Made by a program: the position numbers and the translations under genes. A stretch of DNA of 64,000 nucleotides from NCBI RefSeq assembly GCF_002506515.1, contig NZ_DAXS01000068.1, positions 20,927 to 84,926 on the forward strand, written 5' to 3'. Within the stretch, counting starts at the first letter, position 1. Each line of letters starts with the position of its first letter. The stretch comes from Caldivirga sp. UBA161 (GTDB lineage Archaea > Thermoproteota > Thermoprotei > Thermoproteales > Thermocladiaceae). The notes beneath the pieces are model-generated. The model was not told where the DNA came from. It searched no databases and saw only the letters and a list, made by a program, of their open reading frames with translations. Shown one piece after another: positions 10,674 through 21,060 of the stretch.

Positions 10674-11485
10674 GAAATCACCAGTATTGTTAACATTGGT
10701 AGTAGAATTATTATAAGTGGCTCAATTAACACTACTATTGGGCTACTGAGATTAATGCTAATGACTTTCTCCATACTTAGGAATAACTTAATTAAAATAT
10801 ACTCAACCACCACTATGATTACGTATGATGCTGCAATGATTAATGGTATATAGGCTACTGCAGCAATAGCCCAGCCATCAATCATTAGCCTAAGTCGCTT
10901 GAAGGCATCAGTTAAGTAATTAAGGTAATTCAATGAAATGTAAATTGATGATAATGCAATAATCGCTGTGAATATTAGGTAAATTAATGTTGTGTAGCCT
11001 GCTAATTCATTGAATAATTTGGCTGTGAAGTAGGCTGAGGGATTCTGAGGTATGATTAAGGTTCCATTGATAATACTGCTTGAATTAGTAAACTTAATTA
11101 TAATTGGATAACCATAATAGTATTCCCTAATTAAGGTGCAGTTTAATGCCTGCGCCACTTGAGTGCTTAGATTCCCTGGTGCTTCACTAAGCATTAAGCA
11201 TTCATTGTCCTTAACATGGATTCCATATAAGCCTGCGTAGGCTGTGTTAATTATGTAGAATGATACCTTAATCCCATTCACTGTAAGTACCCCGTAATTC
11301 ACTGAGACTTTAATTAGGCTACCATTATACTGCTGGTTATAGGCTACCGCATAGTGGGCTATTATTACTGAAATTAAGGCTATTGATGATGCTATTGAGA
11401 AGAGTAAATACCTTAACGTGAATGCCCTTAAACCTACGTGTATTGCCTTAAGCTTAAGCCTAGTATTACGCATGAATAACCGCAC
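10649..11485 (-). CDS. Membrane protein (1 TM + extracellular loop + 3 TM)
   Basis: Hydrophobicity pattern; overlaps both neighbours, consistent with translational coupling. Confidence 0.55.
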   Translation of the reverse strand: MRLFMRNTRLKLKAIHVGLRAFTLRYLLFSIASSIALISVIIAHYAVAYNQQYNGSLIKVSVNYGVLTVNGIKVSFYIINTAYAGLYGIHVKDNECLMLSEAPGNLSTQVAQALNCTLIREYYYGYPIIIKFTNSSSIINGTLIIPQNPSAYFTAKLFNELAGYTTLIYLIFTAIIALSSIYISLNYLNYLTDAFKRLRLMIDGWAIAAVAYIPLIIAASYVIIVVVEYILIKLFLSMEKVISINLSSPIVVLIEPLIIILLPMLTILVISWRRSSWY

Positions 11486-12029
11486 CTACGGTGGTTAACT
11501 CAAGGTACTCTACGTAGGCAGCTATGAAGAGTATTACCACTGATAGGAGTAGCCTAAGTACCCAATGAGTCAGGATTATGCTCAAGGACCTCCGCTTAAT
11601 TACATTCACTGAGGTGTCAACTGAATTATAGGCTGATAATGAGTATGAGAATAATTCCAGTAATCCATGAGGTAATATGGCTGATGAAACATACGCTAAA
11701 ATAAGGTATAGTACGCTAACGCCAATGCTACTGACCACAATGTAGCCAAGCGCGATTCCTGTGAATCCAATTAAAATAACATACATTATTGGGCCTATGA
11801 ATGGTATATTCATTATTAAGTTAAGGCTGAGGTTATGAGTGAATATTACCATGTATGATGGGTGCCGCGCAATGTTTTCAAGCTCCTGTAACTCACTCTT
11901 ACTCAGCACTTGAATACCCCTTAATGACATTAAGTAACCGATAACCTCACCCACCGCTAAAATTAAGAATGTCGTTAAGTAGTAGATTAATACTCTTCTT
12001 GTTAAAACATGCTGCATCCTAAGCACCAT
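11466..12029 (-). CDS. SpoIIM/DUF95 family membrane protein
   Basis: IFTHNL, ILPHGLLELF and AAYVE are SpoIIM-family signatures. Confidence 0.85.
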   Translation of the reverse strand: MVLRMQHVLTRRVLIYYLTTFLILAVGEVIGYLMSLRGIQVLSKSELQELENIARHPSYMVIFTHNLSLNLIMNIPFIGPIMYVILIGFTGIALGYIVVSSIGVSVLYLILAYVSSAILPHGLLELFSYSLSAYNSVDTSVNVIKRRSLSIILTHWVLRLLLSVVILFIAAYVEYLELTTVGAVIHA

Positions 12030-12205
12030 AGGTTACCCTTAGTTTCAGGGTTTTTGTCCTTTTCCATAATACAATAACGGTAATTAATGGGAATCAGTAA
12101 TTACCCCGCTATTATGAATTCCCTGAGGCAACTTACTTAATTTAATGAATTTAAGGAAGCGTTATTTAACAATGAATTTGCGTTAATGAATATAGTGCAA
12201 TATAA

Positions 12206-12496
12206 CTATAGCCTGCTTATTCTGTATAGCATGAATAATCCCACTAGGCTCAGTAATGTTGATACCAGCAATGGTAAGGCAATGTGGTAATCAATATTAC
12301 GCATCACCCACCAGTAGTAGTATGATGATAGAAGTATCATGCTTTGAACCAGGAATAGGAATGCAGCTGAGATTAATAATTTACCAACAGGTGTAAAGCC
12401 TGTATCCAAGTATTCTCTTAGAATGAACGCCACTAGGATTGTTTGAACCACTACCAATATTATATTAATCATCCACAATAAGTCGTTTACAGTCAT
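12206..12496 (-). CDS. Small 3-TM hypothetical membrane protein
   Basis: Start moved to ATG 12496 (MTVNDLL), with a TATATA box at about 12520-12527; the longer ORF overlaps rps11. Confidence 0.6.
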   Translation of the reverse strand: MTVNDLLWMINIILVVVQTILVAFILREYLDTGFTPVGKLLISAAFLFLVQSMILLSSYYYWWVMRNIDYHIALPLLVSTLLSLVGLFMLYRISRL

Positions 12497-12551
12497 ATAG
12501 TAGGAAGCGGTTGGAGTTAATATATAAAGATTTTTCAACCTTAAAGCCGAA

Positions 12552-13055
12552 TTACACTCTCCTACCCCTCCTACCTCCAGGTGGCCTAATGGTATCATGG
12601 GGTATTGGAGTAACATCCTCGATTCTACCAATTATCATGCCTGCCCTAGCCAAAGCCCTAATAGCCGCCACAGCACCTGGCCCTGGAACCTTAAGCCCAT
12701 ATCCACCAGGACCCCTAACCTTAACATGAACAGCATTAATGCCCCTTGCCATGGCTATTTGAGCCGCCTTATAGGCAGCCATCATTGCTGCATACGGGCT
12801 TGGCTTATCCCTATCAGCCTTAACAACCTGCCCACCACTAACCCTAGCCACAGTCTCGCCTCCCGTTAAATCAGTGATAATTATCATAGTGTTATTGGAG
12901 CTTGCGTAAATGTAAGCAATACCCCACCTAAGCTTCCTCAACTGCTGCACCTGCTGGGGTGTAGTTTGAGTTACAGGTTGCTGAACCTGCTCCTGTGCTT
13001 CCCCCTGAGCCTGCTGGGTGGCTTCCTGTTCATTGGATGATGCTTCAGTAGGCAC
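12552..13055 (-). CDS. rps11: 30S ribosomal protein S11 (uS11) with Q/T-rich N-terminal extension
   Basis: [55 protein letters not shown]. Start moved to GTG 13055. Confidence 0.96.
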   Translation of the reverse strand: MPTEASSNEQEATQQAQGEAQEQVQQPVTQTTPQQVQQLRKLRWGIAYIYASSNNTMIIITDLTGGETVARVSGGQVVKADRDKPSPYAAMMAAYKAAQIAMARGINAVHVKVRGPGGYGLKVPGPGAVAAIRALARAGMIIGRIEDVTPIPHDTIRPPGGRRGRRV

Positions 13056-13076
13056 AATAACCGCATTCCCTAAGTG

Positions 13077-13084
13077 TTTATAAA
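13077..13084. promoter_or_regulatory. Palindromic TATA box TTTATAAA between divergent rps11 and thiL
   Basis: Lies 22 nt from the rps11 GTG (13055) and 21-24 nt from the thiL starts (13105/13108). Confidence 0.6.
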
Positions 13085-13104
13085 GATATTTTCCACAAGC
13101 CATC

Positions 13105-14055
13105 GTGATGCTTAGGGAACTTGGTGAAGATAAGCTAATTAGAATAATGCAGTCACTGATTGGGTTAAAGTACCCTAATGCCAATAATGATGTATCATAT
13201 GTTGAGTTACCTAATGTAGGCTTACTTACCCTTAAAATTGACGGTGGCTCATTATCAAGAACTAAGGCAGACTTCATGACTTACTATGACGTAGGCTGGA
13301 GAACAACCATTGGAGCAGCCTCAGACCTGTTTGTTAAATTAGCTAAACCAGTAGCATTAGTTACGTCATTAACCCTCAGGGGGGATCATAGTGAAGTTGA
13401 ATTGGAGGAGTTGATTAAGGGTATTAATGATGCAGCCAAGGCTATTGGCGCCGATTACATTGGTGGTGACTTAAATGAGGGTAATGATGATGTATTAGAC
13501 GTTGCATTACTTGGGATTGCAAGTAAACCTATAGGTAGGGTGCCTCAGTTAGGTGACGTGTTAGTTACAATACCTGAATTCGGTTTCACTGGGTTAGTCT
13601 TTAAACTCTGGTATAGCGGCTTACTTAATAATTACACTAATGACCCAATTATAGTTAAGGGGATTGAATTAACCAGAAGGCCAAAGCCCTGGATGCCTAG
13701 TTATGAATTAATCAATAGAATTAACTGCATTAATGCATCAATGGATTCAAGCGATGGCTTAGGGAGGGTTTTGCATGAAATGGGTAAGGGCGTTAAGATA
13801 AGGGTTTACTCATTACCTGTTAATGGTGATGTTGAATTAGCCTGCCGTAGATACAGCCTAAGCCTAGAGGAGGTGATTTTTAATGGTGGTGAGGAGTACT
13901 TACCCGTATTTTCAATAAAGCCGGAATGCCTAGGCTATTTTAAGGCTATGGGATTCATGGACTTCGCTAAAGTGGAGGAGGGTAGTGGCGTGTACTTGGA
14001 TTCAAGGGAACTTAAGTACAGGGGGTGGGTTTACTTCACTAAACCAAGTTACTAA
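13105..14055 (+). CDS. thiL: Thiamine-monophosphate kinase
   Basis: [31 protein letters not shown] (PurM/AIRS fold). Confidence 0.88.
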   Translation: MMLRELGEDKLIRIMQSLIGLKYPNANNDVSYVELPNVGLLTLKIDGGSLSRTKADFMTYYDVGWRTTIGAASDLFVKLAKPVALVTSLTLRGDHSEVELEELIKGINDAAKAIGADYIGGDLNEGNDDVLDVALLGIASKPIGRVPQLGDVLVTIPEFGFTGLVFKLWYSGLLNNYTNDPIIVKGIELTRRPKPWMPSYELINRINCINASMDSSDGLGRVLHEMGKGVKIRVYSLPVNGDVELACRRYSLSLEEVIFNGGEEYLPVFSIKPECLGYFKAMGFMDFAKVEEGSGVYLDSRELKYRGWVYFTKPSY

Positions 14056-14111
14056 CCCCTTAAGGTTCAGTTAAGGAAAATTTAAATAATAAATAAAGCA
14101 GTAATGCAGCC

Positions 14112-14648
14112 ATGGTGAGGGGCCTATTCATAGGTAGGTTTCAGCCGCCGCATTGGGGCCATATTTGGGCCATTAAGGCTATCCTAAGTGATGTTAATGA
14201 AGTCATAGTTGTCTTGGGGTCAGCTCAATTCAACTATATAGAAAAGGACCCCTTCACTGTTGGGGAGAGGATATGGATGCTTAGGGAAGGGTTAAGGGAG
14301 GGTGGAGTTGACCTCAGTAGGGTTATAATAGTCCCAGTACCTAATATTGAGAACAATGCCGCTTGGTTAAGCTACATTAAATCCTACTTACCTCCATTTC
14401 AAGTAGCCTATACGGGTAATCCATTTGTAGCCATGCTGCTTAAGGAAGGTGGAGTTGAAGTTAGGCAGCAGCCAATCTTCGATAGAGGTAAGTATGTGTC
14501 AAGTAGGATTAGGGAAATGATGATTAAGGGTGACTCAACCTGGAGGGAACTCGTACCAAGCTCAGTGGCTAAGATAATAGATGAGGTTAAGGGCGTTGAG
14601 AGGCTTAGGATCATAATTACTGGTGAGGCTGAGCCCCATAAATGGTAA
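14112..14648 (+). CDS. nadM: Nicotinamide-nucleotide adenylyltransferase
   Basis: GRFQPPHWGH, GSAQ, PFTVGER, TGNP, SSRIRE. Confidence 0.95.
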   Translation: MVRGLFIGRFQPPHWGHIWAIKAILSDVNEVIVVLGSAQFNYIEKDPFTVGERIWMLREGLREGGVDLSRVIIVPVPNIENNAAWLSYIKSYLPPFQVAYTGNPFVAMLLKEGGVEVRQQPIFDRGKYVSSRIREMMIKGDSTWRELVPSSVAKIIDEVKGVERLRIIITGEAEPHKW

Positions 14649-14829
14649 TCATGCTACGGCATCTTCATAAATAACCATAGGGCTTAAGTTACAGATAGGG
14701 TTAACACCCTAATTAAACATCAACCTCTCTCAAAATTATTGATCATTGTTAAAGTCTTAACGCATTTGATGAGTGGTTTATTCATGTTCATCGTAATGCA
14801 TTAATAGGTTAACGTACTCATAAGTAAGC

Positions 14830-15561
14830 ATGGAGGTGAATATCGTAGGCCTAATAGATAACACGTACTTAAGGCCCTATGGCTCCACGAGGGAGGTTGA
14901 GGCCTTGATTGAGGATACTGCCAAGTATGGTGCGTATTCAATAGTAGTAAACCCAGTATTCCTTCGATACGCCAGGGAATATATGGCGCGTAAGGGCTAC
15001 AATTTTAAGGTTGCTACAGTTATTGACTTCCCATTTGGCACCAACACCACTGAGGCTAGGGTTGATGCCATTAAACACTATTCACAATACGCGGATGAGT
15101 TCGATGTAGTAGTGCCAATGGGCCTTGTTAAGTCTAGGCTATGGAGTGAAGTTGAGTATGATATCGATACCGTAGTTGAGGCTGCGCATAGGGAGGGTAA
15201 GGTCATTAAGATAATTGTTGAAGACGCCTACACAACAGGGGAGGAGAAGCTTGAATTATATAGGATTGTAATTCAGTCTGGGGCTGATTTCATAAAGACA
15301 AGTACGGGATTTGAGGAGCGGGATTACGCTGAGAAGCTTGGTAACAGGACTGGTGCTCAGATTGAGAATGTTAGGTTAATGGCAGAGTTATCTAGGAGGT
15401 ATAATCCTAGGATTGGAATTAAGGTTGCTGGCGGCATAAGGACATACCAGCAGATCCTTGATTTAATGAGAGCGGCTGAGAGGGAACCTGAACCGAGGAG
15501 ATTTAGGGTTGGTACTAGCCACATAATGAGTATTATTGAAAGTATGAAGAATATTCGTTAG
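14830..15561 (+). CDS. deoC: Deoxyribose-phosphate aldolase
   Basis: IDNTYL, VIDFPFG, KIIVE, ADFIKTSTGF, IKVAGGIR, RVGTS. Confidence 0.95.
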   Translation: MEVNIVGLIDNTYLRPYGSTREVEALIEDTAKYGAYSIVVNPVFLRYAREYMARKGYNFKVATVIDFPFGTNTTEARVDAIKHYSQYADEFDVVVPMGLVKSRLWSEVEYDIDTVVEAAHREGKVIKIIVEDAYTTGEEKLELYRIVIQSGADFIKTSTGFEERDYAEKLGNRTGAQIENVRLMAELSRRYNPRIGIKVAGGIRTYQQILDLMRAAEREPEPRRFRVGTSHIMSIIESMKNIR

Positions 15562-15707
15562 TTAAGTAATTAATCAATATTGGAGGAGAGTATTAATAAG
15601 GTGGGAAGTATTCAATTACTGCATGTAGTCAACGTAGTTCAGTGCGATTAGGGGTTATGTGGGTATTTCAGTAACATTGCTAGTACTGTAGTTCTATGGC
15701 ATTAAGA

Positions 15708-17486
15708 CTAGGGGGAGATTATGAACACTTTTGATATTAGTGGGGATGCTAAGTATATTGCAAGCACTATTGCTGTTATGGCTATTGCATGCTTAAAGCC
15801 AGCAGACAGCTCCCCCTCACCTAGTTTACCCGCTACTAAACCCATTATGAATGAGTCAACAACGGTGGTTAGGGCGAAGCTACCTATAACATAGTTAACG
15901 TAGTATTGAGGAATATGCAGGAGGACGCTAGATAAGTTAACTACAGTGAATACCATTATTACTAAGGTTAAGGTGAGTATCATTGCCCCAATATAAGGTA
16001 CGAACCTAAGTGGCTTAAGCCTTGCAAGTAAGTCGTCGTTAATCCTAATCATTAACGATGAGAATGATGCCAGTGACTCAAGGGTCTCAGGGGTTGCTCC
16101 ACCGTACTCTATGGACTCAAGCAGCAGCCATGCGAAAACCCTAGCGTAATAGGATTTTGTCTTATTCATGAATTCCGATAAGACAACCCTAATTGGTATA
16201 CCGTACCTAATCTGCTTACTAATGTCCCTAAGGTACCTGGATAAGGCACCATAATCCCTAGTGTCAGCCAGTGTGCTTATAATCTTCTCAGGTGTAAATC
16301 CACTCTTACGCAATTCAGTGAAGTCCCTGAGGAAGTCTGAGAAAGCCCTCTCAAGGCTACGCCTCTCAGCAATAACCCTCTCAGCATATAGGGCTGCTGG
16401 GGTGTAGGCTACCACTAGGACAATGGCCATGTAGGTTGCGAAATCCAGGCTTACTGGCCCCACGCTTATTGAGTAACCTAAGTCACCGTGAAACACGGAA
16501 CTGTAGCCAATTAGGAGAGCCACCATGGCTACCATTGATGATACGCCAACCGCTATGTAAGGCCTAACATCAGTGTACGGTACCCTATATATTGAGACTT
16601 CACCAAGGTATATGAAGGCTATTGATATTGCTGGGATAACTAATAGGCCGAAGAGTAAATTATTACTGACCGCCTGCTGAAGTGCACCCACTGAATTACC
16701 AGTCGGCGTTATTGCTTGGGCTAGGTAAAGCACGTTGAGGCCTATTAGCAGTATAACACCAGCCCCAATGTATGATTCCATTAGTGTTGATAGGAATTCA
16801 GCACCCCTCCTTATTTTATCAAGCGTATTGTTAACTATTTCATTGAGCCTTATTTCAAGGTAGTGGAGTATGTCTCCCCCAGTCCTAACGTTAGTTACAT
16901 AACCCATTATTAGGTTTTGAAATAGGTGGCTTGGCGTACTTAATGCTGCCTCAGTTAAGGCGGTTAACGGATCCATGCCTATTGCCTTATTCTTAACAAC
17001 AATCTCCCTAGCTATCCTACCTATAGCCTCAAGTAACTTAATGTTGGCTAACCTCTCTATGGCTGATGTTACGCTTAATCCAGATTGAGAAATCATGGCT
17101 AAGTATGCGGCGAAGAAGGGGAGTTCTGAGTCAACCTTATATTGAAGGTCAGAGAGCTGCATTTTAGGTAACGCCATCATCATTGCGTAAACTATGAAGG
17201 GGAGCATAATCATTACTAAGCCTATGCCTAGAATTATAATGGACTTAACGGTTAAGCCTACTGCATTCATTATTGCCTCAATGCTAGTGTAGGTTAAGTA
17301 TAATCCGATTGGTATTGAGAATACTGCAGTGATTATTGAAGCAAAGAAGACTCTCGCCATGAATCTCTCAGGCAGCATATAAACCTTAGCATTCTTCAGT
17401 ATCCTCTCAAGCCGTTCCCCCCGCCTCTTAACATACCAGTTAACTAGTGGTCCAGTAATCATTAATGATAATTCATCAAAGTCCAC
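15708..17486 (-). CDS. Type IV pilus/T2SS platform membrane protein (two T2SSF domains, TadC/FlaJ-like)
   Basis: VDSELPFF..YL...SQSG, FSDFLRDFTELRKSG, GLVAGKLGEG...GFKHA. Confidence 0.88.
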   Translation of the reverse strand: MDFDELSLMITGPLVNWYVKRRGERLERILKNAKVYMLPERFMARVFFASIITAVFSIPIGLYLTYTSIEAIMNAVGLTVKSIIILGIGLVMIMLPFIVYAMMMALPKMQLSDLQYKVDSELPFFAAYLAMISQSGLSVTSAIERLANIKLLEAIGRIAREIVVKNKAIGMDPLTALTEAALSTPSHLFQNLIMGYVTNVRTGGDILHYLEIRLNEIVNNTLDKIRRGAEFLSTLMESYIGAGVILLIGLNVLYLAQAITPTGNSVGALQQAVSNNLLFGLLVIPAISIAFIYLGEVSIYRVPYTDVRPYIAVGVSSMVAMVALLIGYSSVFHGDLGYSISVGPVSLDFATYMAIVLVVAYTPAALYAERVIAERRSLERAFSDFLRDFTELRKSGFTPEKIISTLADTRDYGALSRYLRDISKQIRYGIPIRVVLSEFMNKTKSYYARVFAWLLLESIEYGGATPETLESLASFSSLMIRINDDLLARLKPLRFVPYIGAMILTLTLVIMVFTVVNLSSVLLHIPQYYVNYVIGSFALTTVVDSFIMGLVAGKLGEGELSAGFKHAIAITAIVLAIYLASPLISKVFIISP

Positions 17487-17785
17487 TAGTATTACTCTAG
17501 TATTTGCTTATAAAGTTTACTTAAGAAGTAACCTTCAGGCAGGCATGTGGTTCATATGTATGAGTATGCGCATTCCATTAACTCCTTAATATTGATTTAG
17601 TTTTAATGCCCACCACTGAGTGGCGCTTTATGATTATGCTTAAACTGCCTTAGTAGCCAATCCTATGCCCATCATGGTTTAGGCAATGCCTAAGGGAGCA
17701 GCCTTCAAGAAAGTGCACTGGGAAATAACTAACAATCCTAATTCTTTAGAGGCAAATTAATTTAATGCTTTACGCTTATACTGCT

Positions 17786-18430
17786 TTAACCATTAAGGTA
17801 ATCTAGGATGCTTGAACCACCCTTATTAATACTGAATGCCTTAGCTAAGTCCTCCTTAATCACGCTCCTCACTGACGGATTATATAACGCGGCTGCTGGG
17901 TGGTAAGTGGGGTAAACATCTGCATTAACTCCAGCAATGTTAATCTTAAATACCTTACCCCTAACTTTAGTTAATTCACTGAAGCTTAAACCGTTGAGGC
18001 TAAGTATTACTCTTGTACTATGCCTGCCTAAGGTTATTATCTTCCTAGGCCTCACCGCTGCTATTTGCCTAATTAAATATGGTTTACAGGCATTAATCTC
18101 CTCCTCAGTTGGATCCCTATTATTAGGTGGCCTACACTTAACAACATTAGTTATATATAAGTTACCCCTACTAATCCCAATCTCATGAAGTAACTCATCA
18201 AGTAGCTTCCCAGCAGCACCGACAAATGGCCTACCAGTCTCATCCTCAACCCTACCTGGCGCCTCCCCAATTAACATGACCTCAGCCCTTGGATTACCCT
18301 CACCAGGCACAGCCTTCTTCCTACTTAAATATAGGGGGCACTTCCTGCAGCTACTTACCTCAGCATTAATTCTAGCTAGCTCGCTATCTTCCTTATTCTG
18401 CTGCTCACTACTATGATTCATAGCATCCAC
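17786..18430 (-). CDS. udg: Family 4 uracil-DNA glycosylase (4Fe-4S)
   Basis: [35 protein letters not shown]. Confidence 0.95.
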   Translation of the reverse strand: MDAMNHSSEQQNKEDSELARINAEVSSCRKCPLYLSRKKAVPGEGNPRAEVMLIGEAPGRVEDETGRPFVGAAGKLLDELLHEIGISRGNLYITNVVKCRPPNNRDPTEEEINACKPYLIRQIAAVRPRKIITLGRHSTRVILSLNGLSFSELTKVRGKVFKINIAGVNADVYPTYHPAAALYNPSVRSVIKEDLAKAFSINKGGSSILDYLNG

Positions 18431-18586
18431 AGGACTGGTTAAACCCCACTCCTCCCTATTTAAGGGTTAGAGATACCCACTACACTATTATTCCTTAAAT
18501 CATTAAGCCTATGCCCTCTTAATGCTTCTTAATTGAATTATTCTTAAGCATAATTTTTATAAGCATAAGGTATCTATTTAAATCTG

Positions 18587-19339
18587 ATGAGGAGCGTTTG
18601 CCCATTGCTTAAAAAGACTGAGGGAGGCTACATTTGCGGTGCGGTTAATCGCACCGTTAATCCTGAGGCTTGGTACTGCTTCATGGACTACCCATCATGC
18701 CCACTATACATTAATTACATTAGGAGGCAGAAGGGGCAGGAAACCCAAGCTGTAGCTCAGACTCAGCAGGTAACAACGGAGGTTAAGCCAATAGTTACCG
18801 TTACCCAGCAGGCGCCAGCTAGGACAGCCATTAGTGAACCTGAGGATGAGGCTGTCAGTAAGTTGAGGAGTATACTTGATTCAATGCAGGGAAGGGTTAA
18901 ATCACTTGATGAGTTGTGGAAGGATTATGAGGATAAGGCCAATACCGCCAAGGGTGAGTTGGATAGGAATGAACACTTGATAATGCAGTACATAGCTTCC
19001 CTTGAGGGTATTAAGGCTAACCTTGAGGAATCCATTAAGGAACTTGAGTACAGGAGGAGTGCTGGTATTATTGATGAGGAGTCTTACAGTAAGGCTAAGG
19101 AGTATGTAGATAAGAGGCTTAGTAATGTCTCCCAGCAGCTCAGTGAGATGAAGGAGATTTTCAATAAGATCCAGGAATCAATACTAACACATTATAAGAG
19201 GATTTTATCAGAGAGCACTGAGGCCGCTAAGGTTAAGTTATCCCTGGCCAAGCTTGAGGAACTTTACAGGACAGGTAAAGTAAGTAAGGAGGTTTATGAG
19301 AAGATTAAGGCTCAATTAGCGGTAATAGGTGGTCAGTAA
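18587..19339 (+). CDS. Cys4 putative Zn-binding domain + CdvA-like coiled-coil + SHOCT-like C-terminus
   Basis: C-x12-C-x13-C-x6-C N-terminus, Q/T linker, ELEYRRSAGIIDEESY motif, KLEELYRTGKVSKEVYEK C-terminus. Confidence 0.55.
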   Translation: MRSVCPLLKKTEGGYICGAVNRTVNPEAWYCFMDYPSCPLYINYIRRQKGQETQAVAQTQQVTTEVKPIVTVTQQAPARTAISEPEDEAVSKLRSILDSMQGRVKSLDELWKDYEDKANTAKGELDRNEHLIMQYIASLEGIKANLEESIKELEYRRSAGIIDEESYSKAKEYVDKRLSNVSQQLSEMKEIFNKIQESILTHYKRILSESTEAAKVKLSLAKLEELYRTGKVSKEVYEKIKAQLAVIGGQ

Positions 19340-19890
19340 TGGAGGAGTACATTAACGTATATAGGGAGTTAATTAAGGTTCTTGAGGAGAGGTTCAACCA
19401 CTATAAGGAGGGGGTTAAGAGGCTTGATGAGGCTTGGATTAGTTATAGGAATGCTGTTAATGACCTTAAGAGGGAGTGGGATAGCGAATACCCGCTCATC
19501 GAGTCAAGGGTTAATCAGCTTAGAAATGGGATAGAGGGGTTGAAGAAGCAGATTGAGGAGGTTGAGGTTAAGAGGGAGATTGGTTTGATTGATGATGAAT
19601 CATATAATAAGTTGATTAATGAATTAAACAACGCCATGGGTGAATTGAGTAAAATGTATGATGAAGCTAGGGGATTATTGAATGAGCTTGAAAGCGGCTT
19701 GATGAACCATTGGATAAGGTCAATAGACGTCTCCGCAATATCACAGGACACAGTAGAGAACTTAACTAAGAATCTTGATGAGGCTAAGGCTAATGGGCAG
19801 ATAAGTGAGGAAACTTACAATAGGCTTAAGAGGGATCTTAACCTACTCATTAAGGCGCTTCAAGCTTACTCACTGCTGCTGAAGAGTTAA
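19339..19890 (+). CDS. CdvA-like coiled-coil protein, paralogue of upstream gene
   Basis: EVEVKREIGLIDDESY motif and LDEAKANGQISEETYNRLK; TAATG stop/start overlap with upstream gene. Confidence 0.55.
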   Translation: MEEYINVYRELIKVLEERFNHYKEGVKRLDEAWISYRNAVNDLKREWDSEYPLIESRVNQLRNGIEGLKKQIEEVEVKREIGLIDDESYNKLINELNNAMGELSKMYDEARGLLNELESGLMNHWIRSIDVSAISQDTVENLTKNLDEAKANGQISEETYNRLKRDLNLLIKALQAYSLLLKS

Positions 19891-19912
19891 TGCTAAAAAC
19901 ACTGAGCTAGTA

Positions 19913-21016
19913 ATGGTAAGTATGATTATTGAGGATAAGTTAAGCAGAGTAAGGTCCCTTATTAAGGATAAGGGGGCTTCGGCATTAATCCTAACTAACC
20001 CAAGTAACATGGGTTACTTACTTGGCTATGAAGATGGGCTGCTGGCTTACATTGATGATTCGGCAATTAAAGTCATTACCCCATTACTAGACTGGGAGAG
20101 GGCTAGGGAGTTAGTTAATGGTAAGGCTGATGTAGTGGCTTACTCAAGTTATAAATTACCCACGGGGGGTAATGTGATTTGGGGTTCTGATGAATTAATT
20201 AAGGTAATTACATCATGGATTAAGCCAGGCTCAAGCATACTAATTGACGATTCAAGTAAGCAATTCGTTAGGAAAGCTATTGACGCTGTTAATGCTAAGC
20301 CCATTGATGCTTCTGCAGATATTCTTGATGCCAGGTCTGTTAAAACCCCTGAGGAGGTTGAGTTAATTAAGGGGGCAATCAACATAACCCTTAGGGTTTT
20401 AAAGGAGTTATATGGGATGAGGATCATTGGGATGAGGGAGAGGGATCTAGCCGCATATATTTACCATGGGTTAATAAGCTACGGCGGAGATGAAGTTGCC
20501 TTTAATCCAATAGTCGGCTCAGGTCCAAATGGAGCTAAGCCTCACCATACGCATAGTGATAGGCGTATTGGCATTAATGAAGCTGTGGTAATTGACATTG
20601 GCGTACGGTACAGGCTATACTGCTCAGACTTAACTAGGACTTTAGTGACTGGGCCACTTGAGGGTAAGCTTAAGGATGCTTACAATGCTGTTATTGAAGC
20701 CTCAAGGAGGGCGATAAGCGTTGTTAAACCGGGGGTTAAGGCAAGTGAAGTTGATGCTGCAGCTAGGGAGGTGATTAATGAGTATGGCTTTGCCTGGGGC
20801 TTTATACATAGCCTTGGCCATGGAGTGGGGGTTGAGGTTCATGAGAGGCCAGCGGTTGGGCCTAATAGTAATGACGTGTTGAAGGAAGGTAATGTAATCA
20901 CCATTGAACCAGGCATCTACATTAAGGATGTGGGTGGTGTTAGGGTTGAGAACATGATTCTAGTTACTGAGAGTGGTGCAGAGGTTTTAACTAGGGATGA
21001 GTACGCCTATGTTTAA
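19913..21016 (+). CDS. pepQ: Xaa-Pro aminopeptidase/prolidase (M24B)
   Basis: RSVKTPEE, IDIG, CSDLTRT, HSLGHGVG.EVHE, TIEPGIY, GVRVE. Confidence 0.92.
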   Translation: MVSMIIEDKLSRVRSLIKDKGASALILTNPSNMGYLLGYEDGLLAYIDDSAIKVITPLLDWERARELVNGKADVVAYSSYKLPTGGNVIWGSDELIKVITSWIKPGSSILIDDSSKQFVRKAIDAVNAKPIDASADILDARSVKTPEEVELIKGAINITLRVLKELYGMRIIGMRERDLAAYIYHGLISYGGDEVAFNPIVGSGPNGAKPHHTHSDRRIGINEAVVIDIGVRYRLYCSDLTRTLVTGPLEGKLKDAYNAVIEASRRAISVVKPGVKASEVDAAAREVINEYGFAWGFIHSLGHGVGVEVHERPAVGPNSNDVLKEGNVITIEPGIYIKDVGGVRVENMILVTESGAEVLTRDEYAYV

Positions 21017-21060
21017 CCATTTAGGCAAAGCTTATTAACAGCCGTTAATATAGCATATTA

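Noticed and set aside
13056..13277. Long N-terminal extension of rps11 in the ORF track
   Set aside because: Overlaps thiL head-to-head and spans the shared TATA box; GTG 13055 is the better start.
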